Shown here in pieces: positions 1 to 10,361 of a stretch of DNA of 64,000 nucleotides; the stretch's first letter is position 1; each line of letters starts with the position of its first letter. The DNA is from Treponemataceae bacterium (GTDB lineage Bacteria > Spirochaetota > Spirochaetia > Treponematales > Rectinemataceae): positions 320,001 through 384,000 of the forward strand of contig CAXXVZ010000002.1 in NCBI GenBank assembly GCA_963678065.2, in the 5' to 3' direction. The notes under the pieces are model-generated. The model searched no databases, was not told where the DNA came from, and worked only from the letters and a program-made list of their open reading frames with translations. A program made the translations under genes and the position numbers.

Positions 1-74
1 CATCGAATCGCCAGACACCCGCCACAAACCGGAAAGAAGACAAATTTTTTCTATATTTATACCGAATTTTCCAA

Positions 75-103
75 TTGACTCCGTCCGGAGCGCAGAACAT
101 ACT
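75..103 (+). promoter_or_regulatory. sigma70-like promoter for the M20 amidohydrolase
   Basis: TTGACT (75-80), 17 bp spacer, CATACT (98-103); AGGAGG SD before ATG 166. Confidence 0.5.
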
Positions 104-165
104 CAAAATGTCGCCCATTCGGGGGCGGAATTATATGATTCCAGATCCATTCCAAGGAGGAAGCA

Positions 166-1416
166 ATGCATTCCGGAAGAATCTTCGCGACAGTCATGAT
201 CCTGGCATTCGTGTTGTCCTTTCCCGCGATAGCGGCGGGCAAGGCTGACATAAACGCGACAGTGGATGCCATGAGCGGGCAGATCATCGGAATCGCCGAT
301 TACATCTACCAGAATCCCGAACTCGGGAACAAGGAATACAAAGCGGTCGAACTGCTGACGAAGACCCTGGCCGAAAACGGCTTCGCGATAGAGAAGGGTG
401 TCGCCGGCCTGGAGACGGCATTCATCGCCACCTACAAGAACGCAGGCGGCGGTCCGGCCATTTCGTTCATGGCCGAGTATGATGCCCTCGAAGGACTCGG
501 GCATGGCTGCGGTCACAACATCATCGCCGCATCCTGCGCCGGGGCCGCGATCGCGCTCTCGAAAAACCTCGGCGACAGGCCGGCGACAGTGATCGTTTTC
601 GGCTGCCCGGCCGAAGAGACGACGAGCGGGAAAATCCCCATGGCCGCCGCGGGCCTCTTCAGGCGGGCGGATGTCGGCATGCAGATGCATCCCGGTTCAG
701 GCAAGGCCGGAGTGGGCAGCATATCGCTCGCCCTCAACCTGATCGACTTCAACTACGAGGGCAAAGCCAGCCACGCCGCGGCCAGCCCCGAACTCGGGCG
801 CAGCGCTCTCGACGGCGTCATGATGCTCTTCCAGGGCATCGAATTCCTGCGGGAGCACGTCCGCCAGGACATCCGCATGCACGGCATCGTCACCAACGGC
901 GGGCAGGCGGCCAATATCGTTCCGGAAAAGGCGGCGGCGCGGTTCTACATCCGTGGATTGCAGCGCCCTTACCTGAACAGCGTGGTCGAGAGGGTATACG
1001 CAGTGGCCAACGGAGCGGCGATGGCCACGGGAACGACTGTCACCATCAAGGAAGTCAAGCAGTACGACAACGTGGTGAATGTCCCTTCGTTCATGAAGCT
1101 GATCCAGGATGACGGCAAGGAAGCCGGGGTCGACGAGATACCGACGCCTCCCCCCGTCACCACGGCGGCGGGATCCACGGATTTCGGAACGGCCTCCTCG
1201 CAGATCCCCTGCGTCATGTTCTCCCTCCCCACAGCGCCCGAAGGCGTCTCCGGACATTCGCGCGACTACGTCACCGCGAACGGGACCCCGATGGCGCACG
1301 ACGCGGCCATTCAGGCGGCCAGAATAATGGCCCTGGCCGGCTACGACATCATCGAGAATCCCGCCCTGCTGCAGAAGATCAAGGACGACTGGAAGATCGC
1401 GGTTTCCGGCAAATAA
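166..1416 (+). CDS. M20 family (AbgB/M20D-like) amidohydrolase with N-terminal signal peptide
   Basis: PELGxxE, AEYDAL, GHGCGHN, PAEE, GKASHAA, GSTDFG motifs; AGGAGG SD; hydrophobic leader ending AIAAG. Confidence 0.9.
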   Translation: MHSGRIFATVMILAFVLSFPAIAAGKADINATVDAMSGQIIGIADYIYQNPELGNKEYKAVELLTKTLAENGFAIEKGVAGLETAFIATYKNAGGGPAISFMAEYDALEGLGHGCGHNIIAASCAGAAIALSKNLGDRPATVIVFGCPAEETTSGKIPMAAAGLFRRADVGMQMHPGSGKAGVGSISLALNLIDFNYEGKASHAAASPELGRSALDGVMMLFQGIEFLREHVRQDIRMHGIVTNGGQAANIVPEKAAARFYIRGLQRPYLNSVVERVYAVANGAAMATGTTVTIKEVKQYDNVVNVPSFMKLIQDDGKEAGVDEIPTPPPVTTAAGSTDFGTASSQIPCVMFSLPTAPEGVSGHSRDYVTANGTPMAHDAAIQAARIMALAGYDIIENPALLQKIKDDWKIAVSGK

Positions 1417-1473
1417 GTGCTAAAAAGAGCTCCGGGAGACTCCGGAGAGGCACATGAACGACCCCGAAATCCG

Positions 1474-1506
1474 GCGGCCGGCCCCTTAACAGGGACCGGC
1501 CGTTTT
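1474..1506 (+). terminator. rho-independent terminator
   Basis: CGGCCGG-c-CCCT/TAAC/AGGG-a-CCGGCCG stem-loop followed by TTTT. Confidence 0.7.
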
Positions 1507-1559
1507 CATGTCGCCCGCCGTCCTCGTGCGGCCGGAATCCGTCAAATACGCCTGCCTCG

Positions 1560-2051
1560 TCATGTCCGCCAGTACTCGCTCCCGTCGGGTTTGCGGTCGA
1601 GGAAGCGGTACTCGATCAAATACCGCCTGATGGTCACGTAGTCGTCCCACACAGGCAACAGGATCGCGTTGACTTCTTTTTCCTTGTATCGGCGCACCGG
1701 CTCGAAGAGTTCCGCGATTCGACGCAGAAGGACGAGTTTCTCTTTCTGGCGCTTCGGCCAGGAGTGCATGACGAATCCGGACTGTGCGCTCCCGGCGCTG
1801 GCCGGATATTCGATGAACTGCCCTGCGCCAGCTCCTTTTTCGTCGAGAAGCTTCATGAGGGCGAGGAAGACGCGCGCCTCGGACTCCCGCCTGCGCAGCT
1901 GGAAGCGGTGGTTGCGCACGGTGGAGGCGGACTTGCCGCCGAGGGCCGATGCGATCTCGGCATCGCTCTTCCCTTCGTAGAGCAAGGAAAGAACCCTATC
2001 GTAGTCAAACAAGCAGGCACGGCGTCCGGCCCCGGAGGAAAGACGCAACAT
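1560..2051 (-). pseudogene. DUF2087-domain HTH protein, apparently 5'-truncated and internally shortened
   Basis: GKSDAEIA..STVRNHRF HTH and the C-terminal Y(K)EKEVN..DYVTIRRYLIEY..R..DGSEYW DUF2087 signature; lacks the N-terminal part I recall for this family; no SD or clear start. Confidence 0.6.
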
Positions 2052-2105
2052 CCGAATACTAAAGTATATTTATTCAATTTTCCGTATATACTTCACATCT
2101 CCACA

Positions 2106-2133
2106 TTGACAGCGGGCCTCCGGATGCTACAAT
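2106..2133 (+). promoter_or_regulatory. sigma70-like promoter of the peptide ABC operon
   Basis: TTGACA (2106-2111), 16 bp spacer, extended -10 TGcTACAAT (2125-2133). Confidence 0.65.
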
Positions 2134-2172
2134 CATTCTACGTCTGAAACCACCTTATCAAGGAGAGGACCG

Positions 2173-3759
2173 ATGAGAATGCTTAAACTGTGTCTATCCA
2201 TTCTCTTTCTGACCGTAGTTGCCGCAGCAGGGTTCTGCGCCGGAGCGAACTACCTCACCGTCTCGATGACGACCGACCCAGCAACGGCCGACGTCCAGAA
2301 AACCACCGACGCGTACGGGATACCCCTCAACATCTACGACCGCCTCGTCGAAGCCGATACGGTCAGGCCTGGCGAATCCAGAATCTCACCCGGACTCGCG
2401 GAAAAATGGGATGTCTCCGCGAACGGACTCGTCTACACCTTCACGCTCCGCAAGGGCGTCAAGTTCCACAACGGCGAAACGCTCAAGGCTGACGACGTAC
2501 TCTTCACCTTCGACCGCATGCTCGACCCTGCCACCAAGGCACTCAACACCGACTTCCTCGATATGATCGCCGGCGCCGACGACAGAATGTCCGGCAAAGC
2601 GTCCAAGGTGTCGGGACTCAAGGTTATCGACGACTACACCATCCAGATCACCCTCGCGAAGCCCTTCGCGCCCTTCATCGCGAATCTCGCGACCCCGGCG
2701 GGCTCCATCTACAACCGCAAGGCGACCGTCGCCGCGGGAGACCAGTTCGGCCTCGATCCCGCCAAGACCGTCGGAACCGGACCTTACCGCCTGGATTCCT
2801 GGATTGTGAACGACAGCTGCACCCTCGTCGCCTTCCCCGGCTACTGGGAGGGCAAGCCCTCTCTCGAAGGCATCCAGATGCTCGTCGTTCCCGATGCGAA
2901 CACCGAGCGCATGATGTTCGAAACCGGCAAGCTCGACGTCCTCGACCTCGACAACGCCCGCTCCCAGGTTCCCTACTTCATGGGAAGCGACAAGTGGAAG
3001 AACCAGATCGTGAGCGGTCCCCGCGTCGGAATCTACTATTATGCCATCAACGAGAACATCAAACCCTTCGACGACCTCCGCGTGCGCAAGGCGCTCCAGA
3101 TGGCCATAGACAGAAAGACCCTCCTCGACAAGCTCTTCAACGGCAGGGGCAGCCTCGAGAACGGCATATTCCCGAAGGGCCTCCTCGCCAACAATCCAGC
3201 CCTCCCCGCCATCTCCTACGATCCCAAGCAGGCCAAGGATCTCCTCGCCAAGGCCGGCTACGCGAACGGCTTCGACATGGAGATCGCGCAGATCACCGAC
3301 AGCCCGTCCACCCTCAAGATCAATGAAGCCGTCCAGGCCATGCTCGGGCAGGTCGGCATCCGCGTGAAGATCACCCAGATGGACTCCGCCACCTACTACG
3401 CGACCCGCAAACAGGGCAAGCTCCCGGCCTACGAGTCCGACTGGTCAGCCGACTTCAACGATCCGGACAACTTCATCTACACCTTCTTCTCCGAGAAGAA
3501 CACGGCCGCCAGGTCCTACAACTACAAAAACACCGCCGTATTCGACAAGCTCGAGGAAGCGCGCGTCATGGTCGACCAGCCCAAGCGCATGAAGGTCTAC
3601 CAGGATCTCGAGAAGATCGTCGTCCAGGACGATGCGGCCTGGATTCCCCTCTTCTCCCTCGAACACCTCTTCGTAGTCCAGCCCAAGGTCAAGAACTTCA
3701 AGGTCTCCTGGAACGGTTGGAGCAACATGCCCTACAACGGCGTGGTCATCTCCAAGTAA
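2173..3759 (+). CDS. peptide/nickel ABC transporter substrate-binding protein (family 5, DppA/OppA-like)
   Basis: Signal peptide; LAEKWDVS..YTFTLRKGVKFHNG, GTGPY, PFDDLRVRKAL motifs; AGGAG SD. Confidence 0.95.
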   Translation: MRMLKLCLSILFLTVVAAAGFCAGANYLTVSMTTDPATADVQKTTDAYGIPLNIYDRLVEADTVRPGESRISPGLAEKWDVSANGLVYTFTLRKGVKFHNGETLKADDVLFTFDRMLDPATKALNTDFLDMIAGADDRMSGKASKVSGLKVIDDYTIQITLAKPFAPFIANLATPAGSIYNRKATVAAGDQFGLDPAKTVGTGPYRLDSWIVNDSCTLVAFPGYWEGKPSLEGIQMLVVPDANTERMMFETGKLDVLDLDNARSQVPYFMGSDKWKNQIVSGPRVGIYYYAINENIKPFDDLRVRKALQMAIDRKTLLDKLFNGRGSLENGIFPKGLLANNPALPAISYDPKQAKDLLAKAGYANGFDMEIAQITDSPSTLKINEAVQAMLGQVGIRVKITQMDSATYYATRKQGKLPAYESDWSADFNDPDNFIYTFFSEKNTAARSYNYKNTAVFDKLEEARVMVDQPKRMKVYQDLEKIVVQDDAAWIPLFSLEHLFVVQPKVKNFKVSWNGWSNMPYNGVVISK

Positions 3760-3809
3760 ACCGGCCCGTCCGCTGCCGCCCGGGCACCAGCACCCGGGAG
3801 GATTTGCCT

Positions 3810-3850
3810 CCGCGAATCCACGCCTTCCAAGGTTGTGGATTCGCGGGTTT
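3810..3850 (+). terminator. intercistronic stem-loop after the binding-protein gene (mRNA stabiliser or partial terminator)
   Basis: 12-bp perfect stem CCGCGAATCCAC / GTGGATTCGCGG with an inner GCCTT/AAGGT extension, followed by GTTT. Confidence 0.65.
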
Positions 3851-3882
3851 GCCGGCATGCGGACAGGACCGGGAGGTCATCC

Positions 3883-4820
3883 ATGAGACGCTACATCCTC
3901 AAAAAACTGATCCTCGCCATTCCGGTCATGTTCGGCATGGTCTTCATCACCTTCTTCCTGCTCAATGTCGTCCCGGGCGACCCTGTCGCCCTCATGATGA
4001 AAGAGCACATCAGCCCCGATGTCGTGGCGCGGGTCCGGGCGCAGATGCATCTCGACGATCCCGCGATCGTGAGGTTCTTCCGTTTCCTGTGGAACGCACT
4101 CCACGGCGATTTCGGCATCTCCTACAAGCTGAACAGACCTGTCGCCTCTCTCCTCCTCGCGGCCTTCCCGAACACCCTCGCGCTGGCGGTCGCGGCGGCC
4201 CTCGTCTCCTGGCTGATCGGCATCCCCGCGGGAATCCTTTCCGCCGTCAGGCGCTACTCCTTTGCCGACAATTTCTTCATGGGCTTCTCCGTCATGGGCG
4301 TCTCGATGCCGGTGTTCTGGACGGGGCTGCTCTTCCAGTACATCTTCGCGCTCAAGCTCGGCATCCTGCCCGTCGCGGGTTTCAGGGGCCCCGAGTACCT
4401 CGTCATGCCGGCCATCGTCCTCGGGTGGAGTTCGGCGGGCACCATCGCGCGGCTCACCCGGTCGAGTCTCCTCGAAGTCATGCGCAACGACTACATCCGT
4501 ACGGCGCGGGCAAAAGGCTTGCGTGAAATCAAGGTCATCCTCGATCACGCGCTCAAGAACTCCCTCCTCCCCGTCGTGACCGTCATGGCCCTCCAGGTGG
4601 CGGGTCTCCTGTCGGGGGCCGTCATCACCGAGAGCGTCTTCGGCATTCCGGCATCGGCCGGGTGGCCGTGAACGCCATCCAGAGCCGCGACATGCCCCTT
4701 CTCCAGGGCTCCGTCGTGCTCACGACATTCCTCGTGATCGCGGGGAACATCATCGCCGACATCATGTACTCCTACCTCGATCCGCGGATCAAATACAACA
4801 AACCGGGGGCCGCCCGATGA
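3883..4820 (+). pseudogene. dppB: peptide ABC permease (DppB/OppB) with a 1-nt frameshift at about 4650 (real or sequencing error)
   Basis: GGAGG SD + ATG 3883; PGDP, GDFGISY, DYIRTARAKG; frame shifts at FGIP|GIGR and continues RDMPLLQG..YLDPRIK to TGA 4818-4820, overlapping the next ATG. Confidence 0.9.
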
Positions 4821-5746
4821 ACCGCAAAAAACCATCCAGTCTGGCGACTGGCGCCGGCGCGGCGCGGAAGACAAGCCCGGAAGACGAAACTCTCCTCGCC
4901 CCCGTTCCATCGTTCTGGAAGGATATTGTGCGCTCCTTCGCGAACAACAAGGCAGCGATCACGGGAGGGGCCGTGGTCCTGGCCATCCTCCTCGTCGCCG
5001 TCTTTGCTCCCCTCCTGTCTCCCCACGACCCCTACAAGGTCGACCTCGGCAGTCAGTTTCTGAAACCGGACGGCAGCTACCTTGTCGGCACAGACATGTT
5101 CGGCCGGGACGTGTTCTCCCGCATCCTGTACGGCACAAGGATTTCGCTGCTCGCCGGCATCGTGCCGACCCTCATCTCCATGACCATCGGCATCGCGATC
5201 GGCATCGCCTCGGGCTACTACGGCGGCAAGGTCGACTTCGCCCTCATGATGCTCGCCGACATGGTCCTGGCCTTCCCCTCTCTCCTCCTCGCGATGATCG
5301 TCATGTACACCCTCGGAGCGACGCTGCTCAACATATTCATCGCGCTGAGCCTGGTCGGCTGGGCCGGCACGGCGCGGGTCGTCCGCTCGCAGACGCTCGC
5401 GCTCAAGAACAAGGAATTCGTCGAAGCATCCCGGGCGATCGGAACCTCGAACTTCACCATCATGGCGCGGCACATCTTCCCCAACTGCGTTCCTCAGCTC
5501 CTCGTCCTCTTTACCCTGAACATCCCGGGCGCCATCCTCGCCGAGGCCAGCCTCAGCTTCCTCGGGATCGGAGCCCAGCCGCCGGCCGCGAGCTGGGGCC
5601 TCATGGTCTCGAACGGACGGGAATACCTGTTCAACGCCCCCTGGGTGGCCATCGCTCCGGGCATCGCCATCCTGGTGACCGTTCTGGCCTTCAACTTCCT
5701 CGGCGACGGGCTGCGCGACGCCCTCGACCCCTACCTCAAATCCTGA
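4817..5746 (+). CDS. dppC: peptide ABC permease (DppC/OppC)
   Basis: GTDMFGRDVFSR, EFVEASRAIG, EASLSFLGIG, NFLGDGLRDALDP. Confidence 0.95.
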   Translation: MNRKKPSSLATGAGAARKTSPEDETLLAPVPSFWKDIVRSFANNKAAITGGAVVLAILLVAVFAPLLSPHDPYKVDLGSQFLKPDGSYLVGTDMFGRDVFSRILYGTRISLLAGIVPTLISMTIGIAIGIASGYYGGKVDFALMMLADMVLAFPSLLLAMIVMYTLGATLLNIFIALSLVGWAGTARVVRSQTLALKNKEFVEASRAIGTSNFTIMARHIFPNCVPQLLVLFTLNIPGAILAEASLSFLGIGAQPPAASWGLMVSNGREYLFNAPWVAIAPGIAILVTVLAFNFLGDGLRDALDPYLKS

Positions 5747-5758
5747 CAAGGCGGAGTC

Positions 5759-6823
5759 ATGATGGAAAATGAAGCGCGCCCTCTCCTGGAAATCCGCGGC
5801 CTCACGACGCGGTTCCGTACCCGGGACGGCATCGTGAACGCCGTGAGTGATGTGAGCATCACGGTGAAAAAAGGCGAAATCGTCGGCATCGTCGGAGAAT
5901 CCGGCTGCGGGAAGAGTGTCACCTCGCTCTCGGTCCTCCGCCTCGTGGCCGCGCCGGGCGAGATCGCCGGCGGCTCGATCCTCCTCGACGGAGAGGATCT
6001 GCTCGCGAAGACAGACAGGCAGATGCTCAAGGTCAGGGGCAAGGACATCTCGATGATCTTCCAGGAGCCGATGACCTCCCTCAATCCCGTCTACACGGTG
6101 GGAAGGCAGGTGGCCGAGGCTCTTCTCGTCCACAATCCCGGACTCGACCGCCGTCAGGCGAGCCGTCAGGCAAAGCGGCAGGCGAAAGAGGCGGCGATCA
6201 GAATATTCGGACTCGTCGGTATCCCCGAACCGGAATCACGCTTCGACGCGTATCCGCACCAGCTCTCGGGCGGGCTCAGGCAGCGCATAATGATCGCGAT
6301 GGCGCTGATTTGCAAACCCAAGCTCGTCATCGCCGACGAGCCGACGACGGCCCTGGATGTCACGATCGAGGCCCAGATTCTCCGGCTCATGCAGTCGCTC
6401 CGGAAGGAGATAGGAGTCTCGATCATGCTGATATCGCACAACCTCGGCGTGATCGCGGAAGTCTGCGACCGCGTGTACGTGATGTACGCGGGCAGGATCA
6501 TGGAGGAGGCCGACGTGTTCGAGCTTTTCGGGCGCACGCTCCACCCCTACACAGCCGGCCTGCTCGCGTCGATACCGCGGAAAAACGGGGACAGGGAGCC
6601 GGGTGGGCGGCTTCACAGCATTCCTGGCAACGTTCCCGACATGACGCGGCTGCCCTCGGGATGCAGGTTCAGCCCCCGCTGCGAGGAGGCCATGGACATC
6701 TGCCGGCGAAAGGAGCCGCGGCTCGAAGAGCCGATGCTCGGGGAGCCAAAGCCCGCCGGCGCGGGAGCCTGTCACCGCGTGCGCTGCTGGAAATACGCGC
6801 GGCCTGAAAGGAGCGGATCATGA
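5759..6823 (+). CDS. dppD: peptide ABC ATP-binding protein (DppD/OppD)
   Basis: Walker [27 protein letters not shown]-terminal GCRF..RC..C..C domain. Confidence 0.95.
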   Translation: MMENEARPLLEIRGLTTRFRTRDGIVNAVSDVSITVKKGEIVGIVGESGCGKSVTSLSVLRLVAAPGEIAGGSILLDGEDLLAKTDRQMLKVRGKDISMIFQEPMTSLNPVYTVGRQVAEALLVHNPGLDRRQASRQAKRQAKEAAIRIFGLVGIPEPESRFDAYPHQLSGGLRQRIMIAMALICKPKLVIADEPTTALDVTIEAQILRLMQSLRKEIGVSIMLISHNLGVIAEVCDRVYVMYAGRIMEEADVFELFGRTLHPYTAGLLASIPRKNGDREPGGRLHSIPGNVPDMTRLPSGCRFSPRCEEAMDICRRKEPRLEEPMLGEPKPAGAGACHRVRCWKYARPERSGS

Positions 6824-7800
6824 GCGGCTTTCTGGTCGAGGCCGATGGGCTCGTGAAGCATTTCCCTGTGGAGAAAGGGGTCTTTTCCGCGAAGGGCGCC
6901 GTCGTCCACGCGGTCGACGGTGTCAGCCTGAAAATACGCGAGCGGGAGACACTCGCCTGCGTGGGCGAGTCCGGCTGCGGCAAGAGCACGCTCGGTCGCC
7001 TTCTCATCAGGCTGATCGATCCCACCGCCGGAACCGTCCGTTTCGGCGGAGAGGACATCATGGGCCTCAAGGGAGGCGAACTGCGGAAGAAGAAGCGCGA
7101 CATGCAGATCATCTTCCAGGACCCTTACGCCTCGCTCGACCCGCGCATGAAGGTTCTCGACATCGTCGGGGAGCCGCTCTCGACCCACAAGATCGCGAGA
7201 GGGAAGGAGCTGGAAGAGCGAGTCGGGGAACTCCTCGAGATGGTGGGGCTCGGGAAACCCTTCATGTCGAGGTACCCGCACATGTTTTCCGGAGGCCAGC
7301 GGCAGAGGATAGGGATAGCGCGGGCCCTCGCGCTCAATCCTAAATTCATCGTCTGCGACGAGCCTGTCTCGGCCCTCGACGTGTCCATCCAGTCCCAGGT
7401 CATCAATCTTCTCCTCGACCTGCGCGAAAAAAAGAACCTGACATACTTCTTCATTTCTCACGACCTGAACGTGGTCAGGCACCTCTCGGACACGGTCTGT
7501 GTGATGTTCCTCGGCAAGGTCATGGAGTACGGGCCGACGCGCGAGGTCTACAGCCGGCCCCTGCACCCCTACTCGCTCTTTCTCATCTCGGCGGCCCCGG
7601 TTCCCGACCCGAACGCGCGCTACGCGGAGAAGCTCATTCTGCAGGGAGAGATACCGAGCCCGGTCAATCCGCCCCGGGGATGCAGATTCCACACGCGATG
7701 TCCCTACGCCCGCGACATCTGCAAAGACGAAGAGCCGGTCCCGACAGGAAGCGCGGAGCGGTACGTCGCCTGCCATTTCCCCCTCGACGCGAGGATCTGA
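6820..7800 (+). CDS. dppF: peptide ABC ATP-binding protein (DppF/OppF)
   Basis: [37 protein letters not shown] overlap with dppD. Confidence 0.95.
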   Translation: MSGFLVEADGLVKHFPVEKGVFSAKGAVVHAVDGVSLKIRERETLACVGESGCGKSTLGRLLIRLIDPTAGTVRFGGEDIMGLKGGELRKKKRDMQIIFQDPYASLDPRMKVLDIVGEPLSTHKIARGKELEERVGELLEMVGLGKPFMSRYPHMFSGGQRQRIGIARALALNPKFIVCDEPVSALDVSIQSQVINLLLDLREKKNLTYFFISHDLNVVRHLSDTVCVMFLGKVMEYGPTREVYSRPLHPYSLFLISAAPVPDPNARYAEKLILQGEIPSPVNPPRGCRFHTRCPYARDICKDEEPVPTGSAERYVACHFPLDARI

Positions 7801-7881
7801 AAAGGCGTAGATTGCTCCCGGGGGCAGGCGCGCGCCCTTCAGACCGCGCGATTCGACTAGATCCGGCACGGAGGAAGAACC

Positions 7882-8706
7882 ATGAAATTGCTTATCGCCG
7901 TCGATATGGAGGGCGCCACGGGCGTCGTGAGCTGGGACCACGTGGACCCCAAGACTTCCGAGTATCTGCGCTTCAGGCACCTTCTGACCGCCGATGTCAA
8001 CGCCGCGATCGAGGGCGCCCTCGACGCGGGAGTAACGGACATTCAAGTCTCGGACGGGCACTGGAACTCGGGCAACGTCCTCATCGAGGAGCTGAACCCT
8101 AAAGCCCGGCTCAACACGGGGACATCCTCGCCCTTCTCCATGGTCCAGAACGTGCAGAACGGAGTCGACGCGGTTTTCTTCGTCGGTTACCACGCGAGGG
8201 TCGGAACGCCGAACGCGATCCTCGATCACACCTGGTCCTCGGTCCGGGTCGCGAATCTGTGGATCAACGGGCGGATCTCCGGAGAGACAGGGCTGAACGG
8301 CTCCGTCTGCGGAGCTTTCGGCGCGCCGGTGCTCCTCGTGACGGGAGACCAGTCCGTGGCGGCGGAGGCTCGCGAGTGGATCGAAGGGGTAGAAACCGCC
8401 GTCGTAAAGACAGCAGTCGGCCGCGTCTGCGCGCAGTGCCTGCCGCCCACGGCGACGAGGCCTCTCATCCGCGAGGCGGCCGCGCGCGCGGTGCGGCGCC
8501 ATCTCGCCGGCGAGGGACCGAAACCCCTGAAGACGGGGAATCCGGTCACGATACGGATCGAGTTCATGACCAGTCAGATGGCGGACATGGCGAGCCTCTT
8601 CCCGGGCTCAACGCGCGTCGACGGACGCACGATCGAGTTCCAGTCGGCGGACATGCCCTCGGCCTACCGGGGCTTCAGGGCCGCGGTCAATCTGGGGAGC
8701 GTGTAG
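7882..8706 (+). CDS. M55 family D-aminopeptidase (Bacillus DppA-type)
   Basis: DMEG, SDGH, GYHA, LDHT, GETGLN, VTGD motifs; GGAGG SD. Confidence 0.93.
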   Translation: MKLLIAVDMEGATGVVSWDHVDPKTSEYLRFRHLLTADVNAAIEGALDAGVTDIQVSDGHWNSGNVLIEELNPKARLNTGTSSPFSMVQNVQNGVDAVFFVGYHARVGTPNAILDHTWSSVRVANLWINGRISGETGLNGSVCGAFGAPVLLVTGDQSVAAEAREWIEGVETAVVKTAVGRVCAQCLPPTATRPLIREAAARAVRRHLAGEGPKPLKTGNPVTIRIEFMTSQMADMASLFPGSTRVDGRTIEFQSADMPSAYRGFRAAVNLGSV

Positions 8707-8717
8707 AAGCTGGCAGG

Positions 8718-10142
8718 CTACTGCGCCTGCCCGACCTCGCTGCGCTCGATCTTGATCTCACTCCGTTCGATCCCGACTATCTTCCAGCCCTTCTTCCCCT
8801 TTTTGAGCGTCAGCTCATCCGAGGTGATCCGCCCCTCCGGGAGGGGCGAGACGCCTTCCCGGCCCGCGCTCATAGTCCACAAGGTATAGTCGGCGCGCAG
8901 CTTCGCGCTGTCTTCCCCGACCGATTCGGGTGCGAGAGTGAGGCCGGTGATGCCGAAGACCATGGTGCCCGAATCGAGCGCCGGCTTGCCTTTGCTCACC
9001 CATTCAGTTGCGGTGATATAGGGCGACTTGCGCTCGTAGGCCATGCGCATCTTTGTCAGGACGGTCAGGTTCGTGACAAGCGAGTCGTCAGCCTTGGACG
9101 CGGAGCGCTCGGCAGTCACCTCCAGCACCGTGCCATCCAGGCTATCTATGGCCTTGTAGTAGGTTTCGGCCAGGGCCACGGGGCCGAGTCCGGAAAAATC
9201 GGGCCGTTTCCCCCTGTCGACGACGACGGAGCCGATCACAACGCCGAGAATGGCGATGCTGATGCCGACCGCGGCGAGGATTCCGCCTCTTTTCCGCAGG
9301 AAATCGCCGCGGCGTTTCTCCCGCCGCAATCTCTCCTCGCTCTCCACCCTTTGCTTGCCGGCCACGGCCGCTTTGGATGGATCGACATCTCCGAGCCAGC
9401 CATCCCCGGCGCGATCACGCAGCGCGGCGACCCAGGCAGGCAGATCGGCGCCCGAGGGCTGCGAGAGGCTCGCGTCGATACGGGATACGAGGGACGGATG
9501 CAGGCGGGGCTGGACCTGGGCCGAGGGGACGAAGCCGCCGCGCGTGAAGGCCGGAATGTCTGCCTTCGCTTCGGCTTCGAAGGCGGACCGGCCGCAGGCG
9601 AGGCGGTAGGCGATCTGCGCAAGAAGGAAGACAGCTTCGGAGTCGGCATCCTGGGCTTTGCCCGATCGCAGGAAGGCCACAGACTCCGACCTCTCATCCG
9701 GAGGAAGTTTCGCGAATGCGAGCTGGACAATCTTCGGGGGAAGGAAGAGCACCCCATCGGCGCCCGTCATGATACCGCAGGACGAGATCTCGCGCGGAAG
9801 GCATCCCCTCTGCGCAAGCGCGGCGAAGGCGCCGGCCAGATCGAGTACGGCCGCCTCCGCGCGCGCGCGCTCGTCCTTCCCGGCGCCCTGCGTTTCGCAG
9901 GCGCGGATCGACAGGTCCAGGCTGAGGCCCGAAAAGGCCGGACCGGCGAGGACAGTCGCACCGTCTTCGTCGATCGACGATTCGACCTTCCACTCCAGGA
10001 CTTCGTCGCCCTTCACGAGATAGCCCGTGTCGCCCATCATGCGGGACATGAGCTGCGCCGAATTTCTCTGCTGGGATACCGGTATCCTGATACCCGTCCT
10101 GTCACCGCCGTCAAAAAATCCGGAGACAATCATTTCATACAT
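8718..10142 (-). CDS. membrane-anchored protein with a degenerate Ser/Thr-kinase-like (pseudokinase) N-domain and an extracytoplasmic C-domain
   Basis: Start probably ATG 10142 or 10133; kinase-subdomain-like segments; one TM (GILAAVGISIAILGVVIGSVV) after a basic patch. Confidence 0.6.
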   Translation of the reverse strand: MYEMIVSGFFDGGDRTGIRIPVSQQRNSAQLMSRMMGDTGYLVKGDEVLEWKVESSIDEDGATVLAGPAFSGLSLDLSIRACETQGAGKDERARAEAAVLDLAGAFAALAQRGCLPREISSCGIMTGADGVLFLPPKIVQLAFAKLPPDERSESVAFLRSGKAQDADSEAVFLLAQIAYRLACGRSAFEAEAKADIPAFTRGGFVPSAQVQPRLHPSLVSRIDASLSQPSGADLPAWVAALRDRAGDGWLGDVDPSKAAVAGKQRVESEERLRREKRRGDFLRKRGGILAAVGISIAILGVVIGSVVVDRGKRPDFSGLGPVALAETYYKAIDSLDGTVLEVTAERSASKADDSLVTNLTVLTKMRMAYERKSPYITATEWVSKGKPALDSGTMVFGITGLTLAPESVGEDSAKLRADYTLWTMSAGREGVSPLPEGRITSDELTLKKGKKGWKIVGIERSEIKIERSEVGQAQ

Positions 10143-10268
10143 TGTACGATAGATGATATCGACGCGGGAGCCGTACTGTCGAGGGCCGCGGGAGCGAAAA
10201 ACCTGGTCTCCGCGGACTCGGGCGGGCCTGAGGAAAAAGAGATGCAGCCGCTTCATAACAAAAAGTTT

Positions 10269-10297
10269 TTGACCACCCGGGCGCAAAACCGTATAAT
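10269..10297 (+). promoter_or_regulatory. sigma70-like promoter of the lipoprotein peptidase
   Basis: TTGACC (10269-10274), 17 bp spacer, TATAAT (10292-10297). Confidence 0.75.
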
Positions 10298-10361
10298 TCG
10301 GTCCATGGCATGAAATTGCCGATTTAAACAATCCATCTTCTGGTGTCCGGGAGAATCGACG

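Noticed and set aside
2076..2090. CodY box in the dpp promoter
   Set aside because: AATTTTCCGTATATA has four mismatches to AATTTTCWGAAAATT and the host does not look like a Firmicute
8259..10313. 684-aa plus-strand ORF
   Set aside because: Overlaps the M55 gene out of frame and is Arg-rich; the minus-strand ORF has a coherent domain and TM layout
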